A stretch of DNA of 22,588 bases from an uncultured virus (IMG/VR IMGVR_UViG_2660238316_000001) (IMGVR_UViG_2660238316_000001:62001-84588), one strand, 5' to 3'. Shown: positions 8,110-16,383, counted from the first letter of the stretch. Notes: generated from the letters alone by a model not told the origin. Program-made: numbers and translations.

Positions 8110-9245
8110 TACGCGCCCTCCCCGACCAGCACTTGGCGGGTTCCGTCTAGAGTTGGTTGTGACACAATGCCTTCAACCTGCATTCTTTCTAGCAGCCAGG
8201 CAGCACGGTTATAACCAATGCGGAGTTCACGCTGCAGCCCAGAGATTGAAGCTTTACCTTTTGCCTTGATGAACTCCACTGCTTCAGGATAGCGATCATC
8301 ATCGTCCCGTTCTGCACCGTCCAAGTCTACCCATGAACTACTGGTTGCCTCCCCGCCTAATGCCATAACCAGATCCGCAATTAAGGCAGCTAATTCACCC
8401 GTCATCAGAATAAAGTCCGCATCGAAACGCTGAGCATAATCCTCGCGATCGATATCGTCGTTTTGCTCCAGAAGCGTGGCACTGTATTTAACTCTCTTCA
8501 GGCTGCCATCGTCGGACAACATGAAACTGATACGTTCTCGCCACTCCAAAGCCAACTTGGTAACCAGTTTACCGGCGGCGATATGCCCACGGATCTCGTC
8601 ACTGACTAAATCCTGATGTTTACTGCGCAGAATGCCACCCTGTTCCAACACAGCCTTTAACTCAGCTTCTTCCTGAAGCACAAACCCAGCAGGCGCGGAC
8701 CCTGAGCGCAACCATTCGGTCAGCGTCAGTTCAATTGGGGTATCAAGTGTCATAGGGATAACAGGCAGTGAACCCATGGTTTTGCGCAATAATGACAATG
8801 CATTTTCAGCTTTCCGCGCGCTAGCGGCATCGATGATGATTAACCCAGCCCCTGCGTTAATCCAGATGGATGTTGTAGAGTATTTGCTAAAGGCCCGTGG
8901 CAGCAGAGTCTGGATAACTTCATCTTTCAGCGAGTCTTTTTCTGTTTTTTTCAGTTTACGGTGTTGCTCTTGCTCCAAGCGTTCAACTTTACTCGCCAGC
9001 TCACGGGCGATAACCGGCGCAGGTAAATCCTTTTTTTCACACTGCAATGTGATCAGGATTTGCTTGTTAGCCACATGCGCTAGCGTGGCGCTTTCGTTAC
9101 CCATTGGCGATATCCAACCAGTTTTCGCCATATCCTGGCTACCACACGGTGTAAATGCGAATTGCGCCATTTGCTCTTCCAGATTGGCGAAAGATACATC
9201 GCGGGATAGTTTGTAAATCAACACGTTCTTGAAATTAATGCTCAT
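8109..9245 (-). CDS. rdgC: Recombination-associated protein RdgC fused to a C-terminal FtsK gamma domain
   Basis: FKNVLIYKL...[14 protein letters not shown]...LLPRAFS...RFDADFILM (RdgC), then [31 protein letters not shown] (FtsK gamma). Confidence 0.92.
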   Translation of the reverse strand: MSINFKNVLIYKLSRDVSFANLEEQMAQFAFTPCGSQDMAKTGWISPMGNESATLAHVANKQILITLQCEKKDLPAPVIARELASKVERLEQEQHRKLKKTEKDSLKDEVIQTLLPRAFSKYSTTSIWINAGAGLIIIDAASARKAENALSLLRKTMGSLPVIPMTLDTPIELTLTEWLRSGSAPAGFVLQEEAELKAVLEQGGILRSKHQDLVSDEIRGHIAAGKLVTKLALEWRERISFMLSDDGSLKRVKYSATLLEQNDDIDREDYAQRFDADFILMTGELAALIADLVMALGGEATSSSWVDLDGAERDDDDRYPEAVEFIKAKGKASISGLQRELRIGYNRAAWLLERMQVEGIVSQPTLDGTRQVLVGEGA

Positions 9246-9248
9246 TGG

Positions 9249-10022
9249 TCAGTCCTCAGTAATTTGATTATTATGCAAACCGTGGTCGGCGGCCTGCTGC
9301 AATGACTCTCGGTGTTTACTGTCCAGAGACTCTTGTAACCTGATACTTTCATCGCGCCATCCTCTTGCCCTTTCCTCCTGATCCTGTTTAATTTTGTCTT
9401 TCAACTCGTCTAAAAAATGACGGATTTTTGTTGGTACCCCATTACCCAACTTGCCCTTATCTGATAACAACAACTGATATTTCTCAGCTTTAGGTTTTGG
9501 CAATAGTCCTGTTGTTACCGCCTGTTCAACCGTGCGTTTTACCGTTTCTTTGTCCCATCCCTCCGACACTGACCACTCCGGTGATCGGCCTGTCGCCTGT
9601 GCTGCCTTAGTCAATCGCTCATAGGCCGCAATGAAAGCCATTCGCGCACCCACCTTGTCGCCTTCCCGCATAATTGGCTGAGCAATATTCCATGCCTGGG
9701 CAATTTCATTCGTCCAGACCACGGTGTTAGCCTCATCTTGCGCAGGTAATGCCAATGCCCACGCCTCATTCGCTGAAAGCCAATCGGGCTTACCGGCAAT
9801 ATGTTGGATATTGCGGATAATATCGGCAGGTTTTGGTGAGAATCTGCCTTGGTCTGGATCAGTAAGCCAGTTGCTAAATGCCTGGCGCACTGTGTCGATA
9901 TCGTTGGCCAGCAACGCATTCCAATAGAGTTCCAGCACGGCTTTTGAAGCATCTTTGCCGTATATCGCCAGAGTGGCTTTCATGATTTCTGCAAATTCAC
10001 GTTTATCATCTAAACCCTGCAT
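9249..10022 (-). CDS. Replication-associated protein in the P/helicase-loader position
   Basis: Follows the initiator; YW..L...DIDTVRQAF...GRFSPKPADI motif resembles phage loader-like proteins; start reassigned to ATG 10022. Confidence 0.65.
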   Translation of the reverse strand: MQGLDDKREFAEIMKATLAIYGKDASKAVLELYWNALLANDIDTVRQAFSNWLTDPDQGRFSPKPADIIRNIQHIAGKPDWLSANEAWALALPAQDEANTVVWTNEIAQAWNIAQPIMREGDKVGARMAFIAAYERLTKAAQATGRSPEWSVSEGWDKETVKRTVEQAVTTGLLPKPKAEKYQLLLSDKGKLGNGVPTKIRHFLDELKDKIKQDQEERARGWRDESIRLQESLDSKHRESLQQAADHGLHNNQITED

Positions 10023-10024
10023 AC

Positions 10025-10870
10025 TCACCACCCATCATTGACAAAATCATCCGCAACCCGCGCATTGTGCGCCTCCAGCGCTTCCTGACGACTCATGCCG
10101 GTGTTACCAGCGCACTGATTTTGTGGCCGACTACGATTCTGCAACCATTCAAATTTCAACCCCTGCCAACCGGCGGCCATGGCTTCAGACAACGCATCAT
10201 CCACAGACCATCCAGCAGCAACCGCTTTACTCAACTCCTTACCCAACATGTTCACCACGGTCTGAGTCATTGGAGCTCGTTTTGCTTTTCGGTGTTTTAG
10301 GTAGTCATCCCAAATCTCAGAGCTAACAGCCATCGGAAAAGCTGAGAAGTCTATTGCCGAACTTTTAGCCGCCTTACGTGTGCGCTTCTCTGTAGTAATC
10401 TCTGTAGTAATCTCTGTATGATCGAAATGGGGATTCCCTTGCCCGCCAGTTAGGGAATCCCTTGCTGGCGGCTTGGGCTTTTCCTCGTTCGCCAATTGGG
10501 GTTTTCCCGTTTCCCGAAATGGGCTTTCCCCATTTGGGGATTTATCAATAGGTTGCGATAGCATTCCATCCAACCGGTCGGTATCAATCTGATAGTAAAT
10601 ACGGTGTTCTAACCGCTTATTTGTTTCTTTCAAAACCCCCGCTTGCTTGAGCTTTTTACGAGCTGTGAGTTGTTCCTCGTAGGTCAATCCTGTTTCAGAT
10701 TCAATCTCTTCCGTAGTTTTAAAAATGCCAAACTCTGAAGTTTCTTTGCCAGTCCAATAGAAGAACTGGCAGAACAAAATGACTGCGTTTACGCTCCCAA
10801 GATATGGAACCAAGCCAGGGTAGTAAGCAATCGGCCGGCCAAATTGGTATATGAGTTCAGATGGCGTCAT
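10025..10870 (-). CDS. Phage replication initiator (O-like)
   Basis: N-terminal winged HTH (EIESETGLTYEEQLTARKKL), central repetitive linker with TEITTEITTE, and C-terminal WDDYLKHRKAKRAPMT...GWQG domain. Confidence 0.85.
   Translation of the reverse strand: MTPSELIYQFGRPIAYYPGLVPYLGSVNAVILFCQFFYWTGKETSEFGIFKTTEEIESETGLTYEEQLTARKKLKQAGVLKETNKRLEHRIYYQIDTDRLDGMLSQPIDKSPNGESPFRETGKPQLANEEKPKPPARDSLTGGQGNPHFDHTEITTEITTEKRTRKAAKSSAIDFSAFPMAVSSEIWDDYLKHRKAKRAPMTQTVVNMLGKELSKAVAAGWSVDDALSEAMAAGWQGLKFEWLQNRSRPQNQCAGNTGMSRQEALEAHNARVADDFVNDGW
10389..10545. repeat. Probable replication origin iterons inside the initiator gene
   Basis: Recurring GGG-W3/4-CCC-like units (gggattccc, gggaatccc, gggcttttcc, gggttttccc, gggctttccc) next to a 12-bp tandem TCTGTAGTAATC. 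Confidence 0.65.
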
Positions 10871-10878
10871 AGTTCCCC

Positions 10879-11058
10879 CTACGGCTGCTTTGCATCAGAG
10901 GGACTATGTTGGCGGGAATAAAATGCCTGGGTAATACCAGACAAAGCCCCTGTGATAGCCATACGGCGGGCCTCCTGCCCGTCAATAGCCAGTTTTTTAC
11001 CCACAATACTGGCAATCAATTCTACCGATTGTGTGGTCGTTGGCGTGATATTGGTCAT
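10879..11058 (-). CDS. Small hypothetical protein, 59 aa (absent from the ORF track)
   Basis: MTNITPTTTQSVELIASIVGKKLAIDGQEARRMAITGALSGITQAFYSRQHSPSDAKQP; AGGAG SD; ATGA overlap with the upstream gene; fills the operon gap. Confidence 0.75.
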   Translation of the reverse strand: MTNITPTTTQSVELIASIVGKKLAIDGQEARRMAITGALSGITQAFYSRQHSPSDAKQP

Positions 11059-11417
11059 TGGGATTTCTCCTGGCTGATTGGAAGCTCAGGCAGCCACTCG
11101 GGTACCGGCAGCCCGGCGAGTTTTAATTCAGCATGGACGTGAGCCAGCATTTCTGGAGCTTCAGCAAACATCGCCAAAAAACCACGAATTGCGGCCACAT
11201 TGGTTTCTACTGCGGGGTTTGAATCCAGCGCATTGGCGGTGCTTTTTATGGCCACTGCCTCGCTTTCTGTCCACCTGGTCTTAATCTGATCTTCACGCAC
11301 GGTATGGAACGGTAAACCGTTCTTTCCCACCTTTTTCCGGGATAGCAACTCCCGCCGGACGTCAGAGGCTATCGTAGCCCCTGCCGTTATAGCGGCAGGT
11401 TGATAAATTGTGGTCAT
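11055..11417 (-). CDS. Putative DNA-binding regulator in the cII position
   Basis: Starts at the shared motif; QIKTRWTESEAVAIKSTANAL resembles a ribbon-helix-helix; lies between cro and replication genes. Confidence 0.6.
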   Translation of the reverse strand: MTTIYQPAAITAGATIASDVRRELLSRKKVGKNGLPFHTVREDQIKTRWTESEAVAIKSTANALDSNPAVETNVAAIRGFLAMFAEAPEMLAHVHAELKLAGLPVPEWLPELPISQEKSQ

Positions 11418-11502
11418 TGGTCAGTCCTTAAATATCTTGGGTGATTACACGCATGGACATAAACTGTTAATCGTTTCTTTTTTAGTCCGCCATGGAGGCG
11501 CA

Positions 11503-11808
11503 ATGTCCAGTGATAATTCCCTTAGTTACATTAGAGCCTTGGTCGATGTTGTCGCCATTACCGTGCTATCCGGTAGTGATGAACAACATAAGCTCCGCAT
11601 CAAGCAAAGTCTGGATGCAATCATGAATCATCCGACATTGGAGATTTCACCTGAGGGTCAGGAATTATTTGCTCACTTTGCTGCCCTTCTGGATGGTTCA
11701 AGCACTGAGGTTTTCCTTTCAGCACGCATAAGCCAAGAAGATCCAGATCCTGAAAAGTCACACTCTTCCCCTCATTTGCGTTTATTGAGAGGGGGCAAAG
11801 AGGAGTAG
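11503..11808 (+). CDS. Hypothetical 101-aa protein opposing the pR operon (moron)
   Basis: GGAGG SD before ATG 11503; candidate promoter TTGGGT-N17-TAAACT at 11437-11465. Confidence 0.7.
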   Translation: MSSDNSLSYIRALVDVVAITVLSGSDEQHKLRIKQSLDAIMNHPTLEISPEGQELFAHFAALLDGSSTEVFLSARISQEDPDPEKSHSSPHLRLLRGGKEE

Positions 11809-11872
11809 CAGTTTTTTGTGTTTTACGCTTAGCTCTCCAGCTAGCGAGCCAACGCTTTGGGCTAATAGTCAT
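11621..11872 (-). CDS. Hypothetical basic protein downstream of cro
   Basis: Begins at an exact GAGGACTGACCAATG start motif; its 3' part overlaps the opposite-strand ORF. Confidence 0.5.
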   Translation of the reverse strand: MTISPKRWLASWRAKRKTQKTATPLCPLSINANEGKSVTFQDLDLLGLCVLKGKPQCLNHPEGQQSEQIIPDPQVKSPMSDDS

Positions 11873-11889
11873 TGGTCAGTCCTCTATCT

Positions 11890-12135
11890 TTACTGATGAG
11901 CTGGTTTGGTCAGAACCAGGCTGAGATTTTCCGGATTACGGCCATAGTCGGCCGGGTTATAGGTGTATGGGATGCAGGAAGATAAATGGCACAACAGGGC
12001 AATATCTTCAGGCACACCTTGTGAACGCCACTTACCAACAGCTTGCCCGGTTCGTGGCTTACCTTTTGCAGGAAAGCGGCGGCCAATTTCCGCATTGCTG
12101 CCAATTTCAGTTTTCAAAATTTCATATAGTTTCAT
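11890..12135 (-). CDS. cro: Cro-like repressor
   Basis: Divergent from cI; GSNAEIGRRF...TGQAVGKW...GVP HTH; GAGGAGG SD; start reassigned to ATG 12135. Confidence 0.85.
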   Translation of the reverse strand: MKLYEILKTEIGSNAEIGRRFPAKGKPRTGQAVGKWRSQGVPEDIALLCHLSSCIPYTYNPADYGRNPENLSLVLTKPAHQ

Positions 12136-12151
12136 TGAAACCTCCTCGCTA

Positions 12152-12228
12152 AGCGTAACTAAAGTGTCGGGCTCACGCAAGAGAATAACGAAAACAAAGT
12201 TTCCAAAGATGGTGTTACTTTGGTGTCA
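12152..12228. promoter_or_regulatory. oR: three 16-bp operators and promoter pR (minus strand)
   Basis: CGTAACTAAAGTGTCG (12154), CGAAAACAAAGTTTCC (12189), TGTTACTTTGGTGTCA (12213); pR TTGCGT-N17-TACGCT at 12180-12152; the same palindrome family occurs at oL. Confidence 0.8.
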
Positions 12229-12261
12229 GATTTTAGCTATACACAATATTTGGAGAATTTA

Positions 12262-12948
12262 ATGACAAGCACTCTGGCTGAAAGGGTTAGCGAACGTAGA
12301 GCGGCTTTGAATCTTAGTCAGGAAGAATTAGCCAGGAAAGCCGGTGTATCGAGGGTTGCCATAAGCAAAGCTGAGCTGGGGCTGACCAAAAATTTTAATG
12401 GTGATACGCTGTTTAATATTGCCCGTGCTCTTTTATGCAATCCAGAATGGCTTCAGACGGGAAAGGGAAATCCTGAATTACAATCCACATCCAGCGCTAA
12501 TTGGGATGCGAATGTGAAAGAGAATAAAGACTCGCATCCTGTACAATCCTATGAGTACCCAAAAATCAGTTGGGTTAGCGCGGGGAATTGGTCTGAAGCT
12601 ATTGAGCCATACAGCCTCAACGAAATAGATGATTGGGTCACTACCACCAAATATGCGGGCCAAAACGCTTTTTGGCTTGATGTTAAAGGAGACTCCATGA
12701 CCTCCCCGGTGGGGCTAACCATTCCAGAAGGTATGTCAGTATTAGTGAATCCTGATATCGAACCCACTTCGGGTAAATTGGTGATTGCTAAATTAACTGA
12801 TGATAATGAGGCTACATTCAAACGTTATATTGAAGATGCTGGCAATAAATATCTCAAACCGCTTAACCCTCAGTATCCAATGATAAAAATCAATGGTAAC
12901 TGTCGTATTATTGGGGTTGTCGTTGAAGCCAAATGGGAAAATTTATAG
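12262..12948 (+). CDS. cI: CI-like repressor (XRE HTH plus S24 autopeptidase)
   Basis: LSQEELARKAGVSRVAISKAE HTH; SAG cleavage site; VKGDSM (Ser) and ATFKRY (Lys); start at ATG 12262 with GGAG SD. Confidence 0.95.
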   Translation: MTSTLAERVSERRAALNLSQEELARKAGVSRVAISKAELGLTKNFNGDTLFNIARALLCNPEWLQTGKGNPELQSTSSANWDANVKENKDSHPVQSYEYPKISWVSAGNWSEAIEPYSLNEIDDWVTTTKYAGQNAFWLDVKGDSMTSPVGLTIPEGMSVLVNPDIEPTSGKLVIAKLTDDNEATFKRYIEDAGNKYLKPLNPQYPMIKINGNCRIIGVVVEAKWENL

Positions 12949-12958
12949 GGAGATAGCA

Positions 12959-13573
12959 ATGTATTGTATGAAATGCGGCGCATCAGTTGAGCCCCATAGC
13001 AAGTATTGTTCATCATGCGGAACTCAAGTTAGTCAACCAAGCCAAATAAATCCCTCAAATACCTGGCTGAGTGATTCGCCTAAAAGGCAGCAAACCATTA
13101 TTGATCCAAAACCTGCCGCAACAACAGAAAATAGCCTCATAGGTTTTATCAAAAAATGGGGCACGAGAGCTATTATTCTCATTGTTGCTACTATCTTTGC
13201 TGTCCTCGCTAAAGATTTAGGGCGCACACTAACAGATAAATCAGATAATGCTTCAATTTGGGAAAAAGCCGTACCAGCATTTGCTGAAGAAAAAATCAAA
13301 ATTGGCATCCCTAAGCGTTTAGATGACAACACCCTTTTAACTGATATGTTTGTCAAAGAAAAAAGCATTAATTATATATATAAAATAAATGATATGAGTC
13401 CTGATGACGAAACGGTTATTCACGCTAAAGCCGTTGCGAAAGAAAGTTTTACTCATGCACTTTGCGACAACATTCTCATCGATAAATATCAAGGCTCAGT
13501 TAACTATATTTACCAATTCCCCACAAAGACATTGACCGCCACCTTTAATAAATCAGACTGCCCACCTCGTTAA
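12959..13573 (+). CDS. Zinc-ribbon, single-TM membrane protein co-oriented with cI
   Basis: MYCMKCG...YCSSCG, then TM AIILIVATIFAVLA and a C-terminal domain with two Cys; start at ATG 12959 (GGGAG SD). Confidence 0.85.
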   Translation: MYCMKCGASVEPHSKYCSSCGTQVSQPSQINPSNTWLSDSPKRQQTIIDPKPAATTENSLIGFIKKWGTRAIILIVATIFAVLAKDLGRTLTDKSDNASIWEKAVPAFAEEKIKIGIPKRLDDNTLLTDMFVKEKSINYIYKINDMSPDDETVIHAKAVAKESFTHALCDNILIDKYQGSVNYIYQFPTKTLTATFNKSDCPPR

Positions 13574-13624
13574 CTCCCCCATCTTTCAGAAAAACCACAC
13601 TAAATGGTTTTTCACAACAGCACC

Positions 13625-13718
13625 CGAAACTAAAGTATCAAATCTCACTTGACGCAATCCGAAACTATAGTTACATTTGGATTCAAGAACAGAACCACCA
13701 CCCGAAACAATGGGTACG
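13625..13718 (+). promoter_or_regulatory. oL operators and promoter pL
   Basis: CGAAACTAAAGTATCA (13625), CGAAACTATAGTTACA (13660), weaker CGAAACAATGGGTACG (13703); TTGACG-N17-TACATT at 13649-13677. Confidence 0.85.
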
Positions 13719-13729
13719 CTCTTTAACAA
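13717..13729 (+). promoter_or_regulatory. nutL boxA
   Basis: CGCTCTTTAACAA, the consensus boxA, about 35 nt into the pL transcript. Confidence 0.9.
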
Positions 13730-13883
13730 ATCGGTTAAGTGACATCAAACGGTCCGCGTGTACCGGTCACGGCTCAGCTAAACCACGAATCACCCACAAT
13801 TGAGAAAAAAATCATGAAGTGGACTTACCCTGCCTCTGTCAGTGTGAGGAGGTAGGTATAAGATCACTGATAACGGTGTTTAC

Positions 13884-14099
13884 ATGAATAAACCTAGCCT
13901 AGATATACAACTACAAATAAAGGAACTACTGGAAAAATATCCGAGCTTTACTTTCCAGCAACTCAATAACTGGCTGAATAAAGACGGTCTTATGCTGTCA
14001 ATTCGCACTATTGAAGAAAATCAACAGTTAGCGGGCACTGATATAACGATGAGTAACTCGGTTCCCTGTGGGAAGAACCTCAAAAGCAATCTCCAATAA
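13884..14099 (+). CDS. Hypothetical 71-aa protein
   Basis: ORF in the pL operon direction; weak SD; 3' end overlaps a convergent ORF. Confidence 0.45.
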   Translation: MNKPSLDIQLQIKELLEKYPSFTFQQLNNWLNKDGLMLSIRTIEENQQLAGTDITMSNSVPCGKNLKSNLQ

Positions 14100-14306
14100 T
14101 GGTTCTTCTGGAGTAGTGTTTGCCAGCGATGCATAAAATGCTCTTCTCTCTAGTGGCATATTTCTTACTAGTTTTTCTGCATGCGTACTGATTTCAAATA
14201 CCCCGCACTCGACACATTTATAAGCTTTGTAGTTAGAAGAATCGGTGAACACATAGCTTCCAGCGCTATCACATAGCGGGCAAGTAGATTCAAATCTTTC
14301 TTTCAT
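14028..14306 (-). CDS. Small zinc-finger protein opposing pL, 92 aa
   Basis: CPLC...CVECG; AAGGA SD before ATG 14306; candidate extended -10 TGcTATCCT at 14346-14338. Confidence 0.75.
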   Translation of the reverse strand: MKERFESTCPLCDSAGSYVFTDSSNYKAYKCVECGVFEISTHAEKLVRNMPLERRAFYASLANTTPEEPLLEIAFEVLPTGNRVTHRYISAR

Positions 14307-14397
14307 ACAGATATCCTTACTTGTTGTGGTGACAGCAAGGATAGCACGCGCCGGGCGTGGATAAATATCCCGGCAAAAGCCAACTGAGGACTGACCA

Positions 14398-14643
14398 ATG
14401 GCCACAACATCTCGTCAAAAGCGTATGGCAAAAAAACGCAATGCCCATATCCAGGCACTGGCAAAGCGTGAAAGTAACCGAGTTGAAAAAGCAGTATTAG
14501 TTTTGGTGCGGTGTAAACCGATGCCAGATATGCCAGCAGTACCCAGCAAGCCCAGAACTTCAGCAGATCCAGAGAAACGGATTGCAGCAGTTGCCCGCCA
14601 AAAGATGCGTGGTTGCAGTAAGTTACCTCGCGGCGTGCGTTAA
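14398..14643 (+). CDS. N-like early antitermination protein
   Basis: Arg/Lys-rich N-terminus (SRQKRMAKKR); small and basic; downstream of nutL boxA and directly before a terminator. Confidence 0.7.
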   Translation: MATTSRQKRMAKKRNAHIQALAKRESNRVEKAVLVLVRCKPMPDMPAVPSKPRTSADPEKRIAAVARQKMRGCSKLPRGVR

Positions 14644-14677
14644 GCATTAATTAGCAGTAAAGCAAAATAAACCATCG

Positions 14678-14709
14678 GAGCTACAGCTTAGGCTGTGGCT
14701 CTTTTTTTT
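14678..14709 (+). terminator. tL1-like intrinsic terminator
   Basis: GAGCTACAGC-ttag-GCTGTGGCTC followed by a T run. Confidence 0.88.
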
Positions 14710-14726
14710 ACCTAAAAGGAACCAAT

Positions 14727-14996
14727 ATGAGCAATTTACCAGCAATTAGTATGAAGCAGATTGAATCTTCCCAGATCCACAGCATCGGCCATGACCCAGT
14801 TAGCAACACTCTGGCGATTCGTTTTAAGTCGAAGGGTGAACCGGCAGCCCTGTATCACTACCAGAATGTGTCCGCTGATGATTACGCGGCATTCTCCGGT
14901 GCTGAATCAATTGGCTCCCACTTCTACCGCAATATCAAGCCAGATACTGATCGTTATCCATTCCAACGCATTAATGAAAAGAAAGACGGCGAATAA
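14727..14996 (+). CDS. KTSC domain protein
   Basis: SSQIHSIGHD...TLAIRF...LYHYQNV...AESIGSHFYRNIK. Confidence 0.9.
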   Translation: MSNLPAISMKQIESSQIHSIGHDPVSNTLAIRFKSKGEPAALYHYQNVSADDYAAFSGAESIGSHFYRNIKPDTDRYPFQRINEKKDGE

Positions 14997-15059
14997 GTGG
15001 CTTAACCGCTGCCTCTGTTCGCAGGGGCTTCGGCAACACTCCTTACCGTGAGGTGCATC

Positions 15060-15386
15060 GTGAATGAATACAACTATCAGCGAATGGTTGAGCAATCGCT
15101 GGAACAGTATGACCGCCTATTAATTTCGGATCCTGATGAGCAAGAGGAATTAGGCAAGCGGATTGAGTTTTTACGCCGTCATTCAAAAATGCTCGGCGCT
15201 TTTAAAACCGCTGTCAAAAATGGCTGCTTTATTGCGGGTGCAAGTACCCATTACCTTGCAGCTCTTACCGAAACAACCGCTATGGAACTCTATCTGGATG
15301 AGGTGCAGGAGGAAATATTTCTCCGTGTTGCCAAAGCAGAAAGAGCCATGGAGTTAGATGCAACACAAAGCACCTTCATAGACTAG
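15060..15386 (+). CDS. Hypothetical acidic helical protein (possibly Gam-like)
   Basis: GAGGT SD before GTG 15060; lies upstream of bet and exo; the family assignment is weak. Confidence 0.65.
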   Translation: MNEYNYQRMVEQSLEQYDRLLISDPDEQEELGKRIEFLRRHSKMLGAFKTAVKNGCFIAGASTHYLAALTETTAMELYLDEVQEEIFLRVAKAERAMELDATQSTFID

Positions 15387-15404
15387 GAATAATAATCGCG
15401 ATAA

Positions 15405-16055
15405 TTATTTGATAGCCTTTTCAATGAAAATTGCTCTGCAATTAGCAAGGAATTCATTCTTTGTTGCTATTGGATCTGCTTTAATCTCAGCCCCCATTTC
15501 TGGGTTAGCCTTAGCCTGATTCAATATCGATCTTAAATAGTAATAAGCCGATTTATTAAATTCAGCATCAGCAGATTTTCCTATTTTTTTATTGAAATCA
15601 TCCCAAACGCTAACGCCTGCGGCGATAGCAAGCTCGTCTGATTTTCCTTCACTGAAATAAGCTTTTAGTGTTTGAAAACCGGCAAGGCAGTTTGTATCTA
15701 ATATCGTTAGAGTCTTATACCAAGATGCCTCTGATTCTTTGCCTTCACATCCAGTCAGACGATACTCACTTTTCTCATTCTTAGAAAGATCTGAACTCAC
15801 GTAGATAGTTTTGTGTTGAGTATAAGCAAAGGGAATGAAATCAGCCTCTTGACTATTTTCCCCTGTAATACGGACCTCACCACAAACAAACGTTTCGCCG
15901 GTAGAGTTGGTTGCTTCAGTGATTGACCGATATTCCACTGTTTTCGGGTTCTGCATGCCTTCACGCATCACCTTTTCCATGGCTGGAATATCTACAGCAA
16001 ATGCTGATGGAATACTAAGAATTGATGCTAATAAAACTACAAGTTGTCTTTTCAT
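15405..16055 (-). CDS. Exported protein with Sec signal peptide (moron, opposite orientation)
   Basis: MKRQLVVLLASILSIPSAFA signal peptide, VCGEV motif, AAGG SD, AT-rich. Confidence 0.85.
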   Translation of the reverse strand: MKRQLVVLLASILSIPSAFAVDIPAMEKVMREGMQNPKTVEYRSITEATNSTGETFVCGEVRITGENSQEADFIPFAYTQHKTIYVSSDLSKNEKSEYRLTGCEGKESEASWYKTLTILDTNCLAGFQTLKAYFSEGKSDELAIAAGVSVWDDFNKKIGKSADAEFNKSAYYYLRSILNQAKANPEMGAEIKADPIATKNEFLANCRAIFIEKAIK

Positions 16056-16080
16056 ACCTTTTCTTACTTATCCATATCCT

Positions 16081-16114
16081 AAAAGAGAAAAGCCCCAGCG
16101 ATTAAGCCGGGGCT
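16081..16114 (-). terminator. Intrinsic terminator on the strand antisense to the pL operon
   Basis: AGCCCCGGC-ttaatc-GCTGGGGCT-TTTCTCTTTT; the stem needs a G.U pair present only on the minus strand. Confidence 0.72.
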
Positions 16115-16168
16115 ATCCCAGGAGTGCGGGACCAACCGCAAACCTACTGAGGACTGAACAATAACCAC
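16081..16168 (-). ncRNA. Second candidate small RNA antisense to the shared start motif
   Basis: Contains UUAUUGUUCAGUCCUCAGUAGG and a hairpin with loop UUGGUC ahead of the terminator; only a weak promoter is visible (TTGGTC-N16-AATAAT). Confidence 0.4.
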
Positions 16169-16223
16169 GAGGATTATTATCAGCGTGGTTGAGTGACCAA
16201 ACCCAACCATGGGAAAGCATACC

Positions 16224-16373
16224 ATGACTATTGAATTCATCAAGAAACTCCAATACCGCCACCGCGTTACCGGCGACGACTTCAACCTATATCCCAAACA
16301 ATCTGGCCTGAAATTCTTCTTCGCCTGTGTTTTAGGCGCGTTCATGTTTCTGGCTATCGCTGTCAAAATCTGA
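16224..16373 (+). CDS. Small 49-aa protein with a C-terminal TM segment (absent from the ORF track)
   Basis: MTIEFIKKLQYRHRVTGDDFNLYPKQSGLKFFFACVLGAFMFLAIAVKI; its stop abuts the bet SD. Confidence 0.7.
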   Translation: MTIEFIKKLQYRHRVTGDDFNLYPKQSGLKFFFACVLGAFMFLAIAVKI

Positions 16374-16383
16374 GGGCTGACCA

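Noticed and set aside
1785..10326. Plus-strand ORFs in the track opposite the minus-strand operon (e.g. 2580-2927, 7898-8269, 8776-9216) and same-strand alternate frames (6113-6535, 9611-9952)
   Set aside because: They are shadows of well-supported genes and show no recognisable motifs.
10906..11284. Plus-strand ORFs 10906-11142 and 11078-11284
   Set aside because: The minus-strand 120-aa and 59-aa genes, with SD sequences and ATGA coupling, explain this region better.
15060..15386. Naming this gene gam
   Set aside because: Only position, size and a faint N-terminal resemblance support it; an HMM search is needed.
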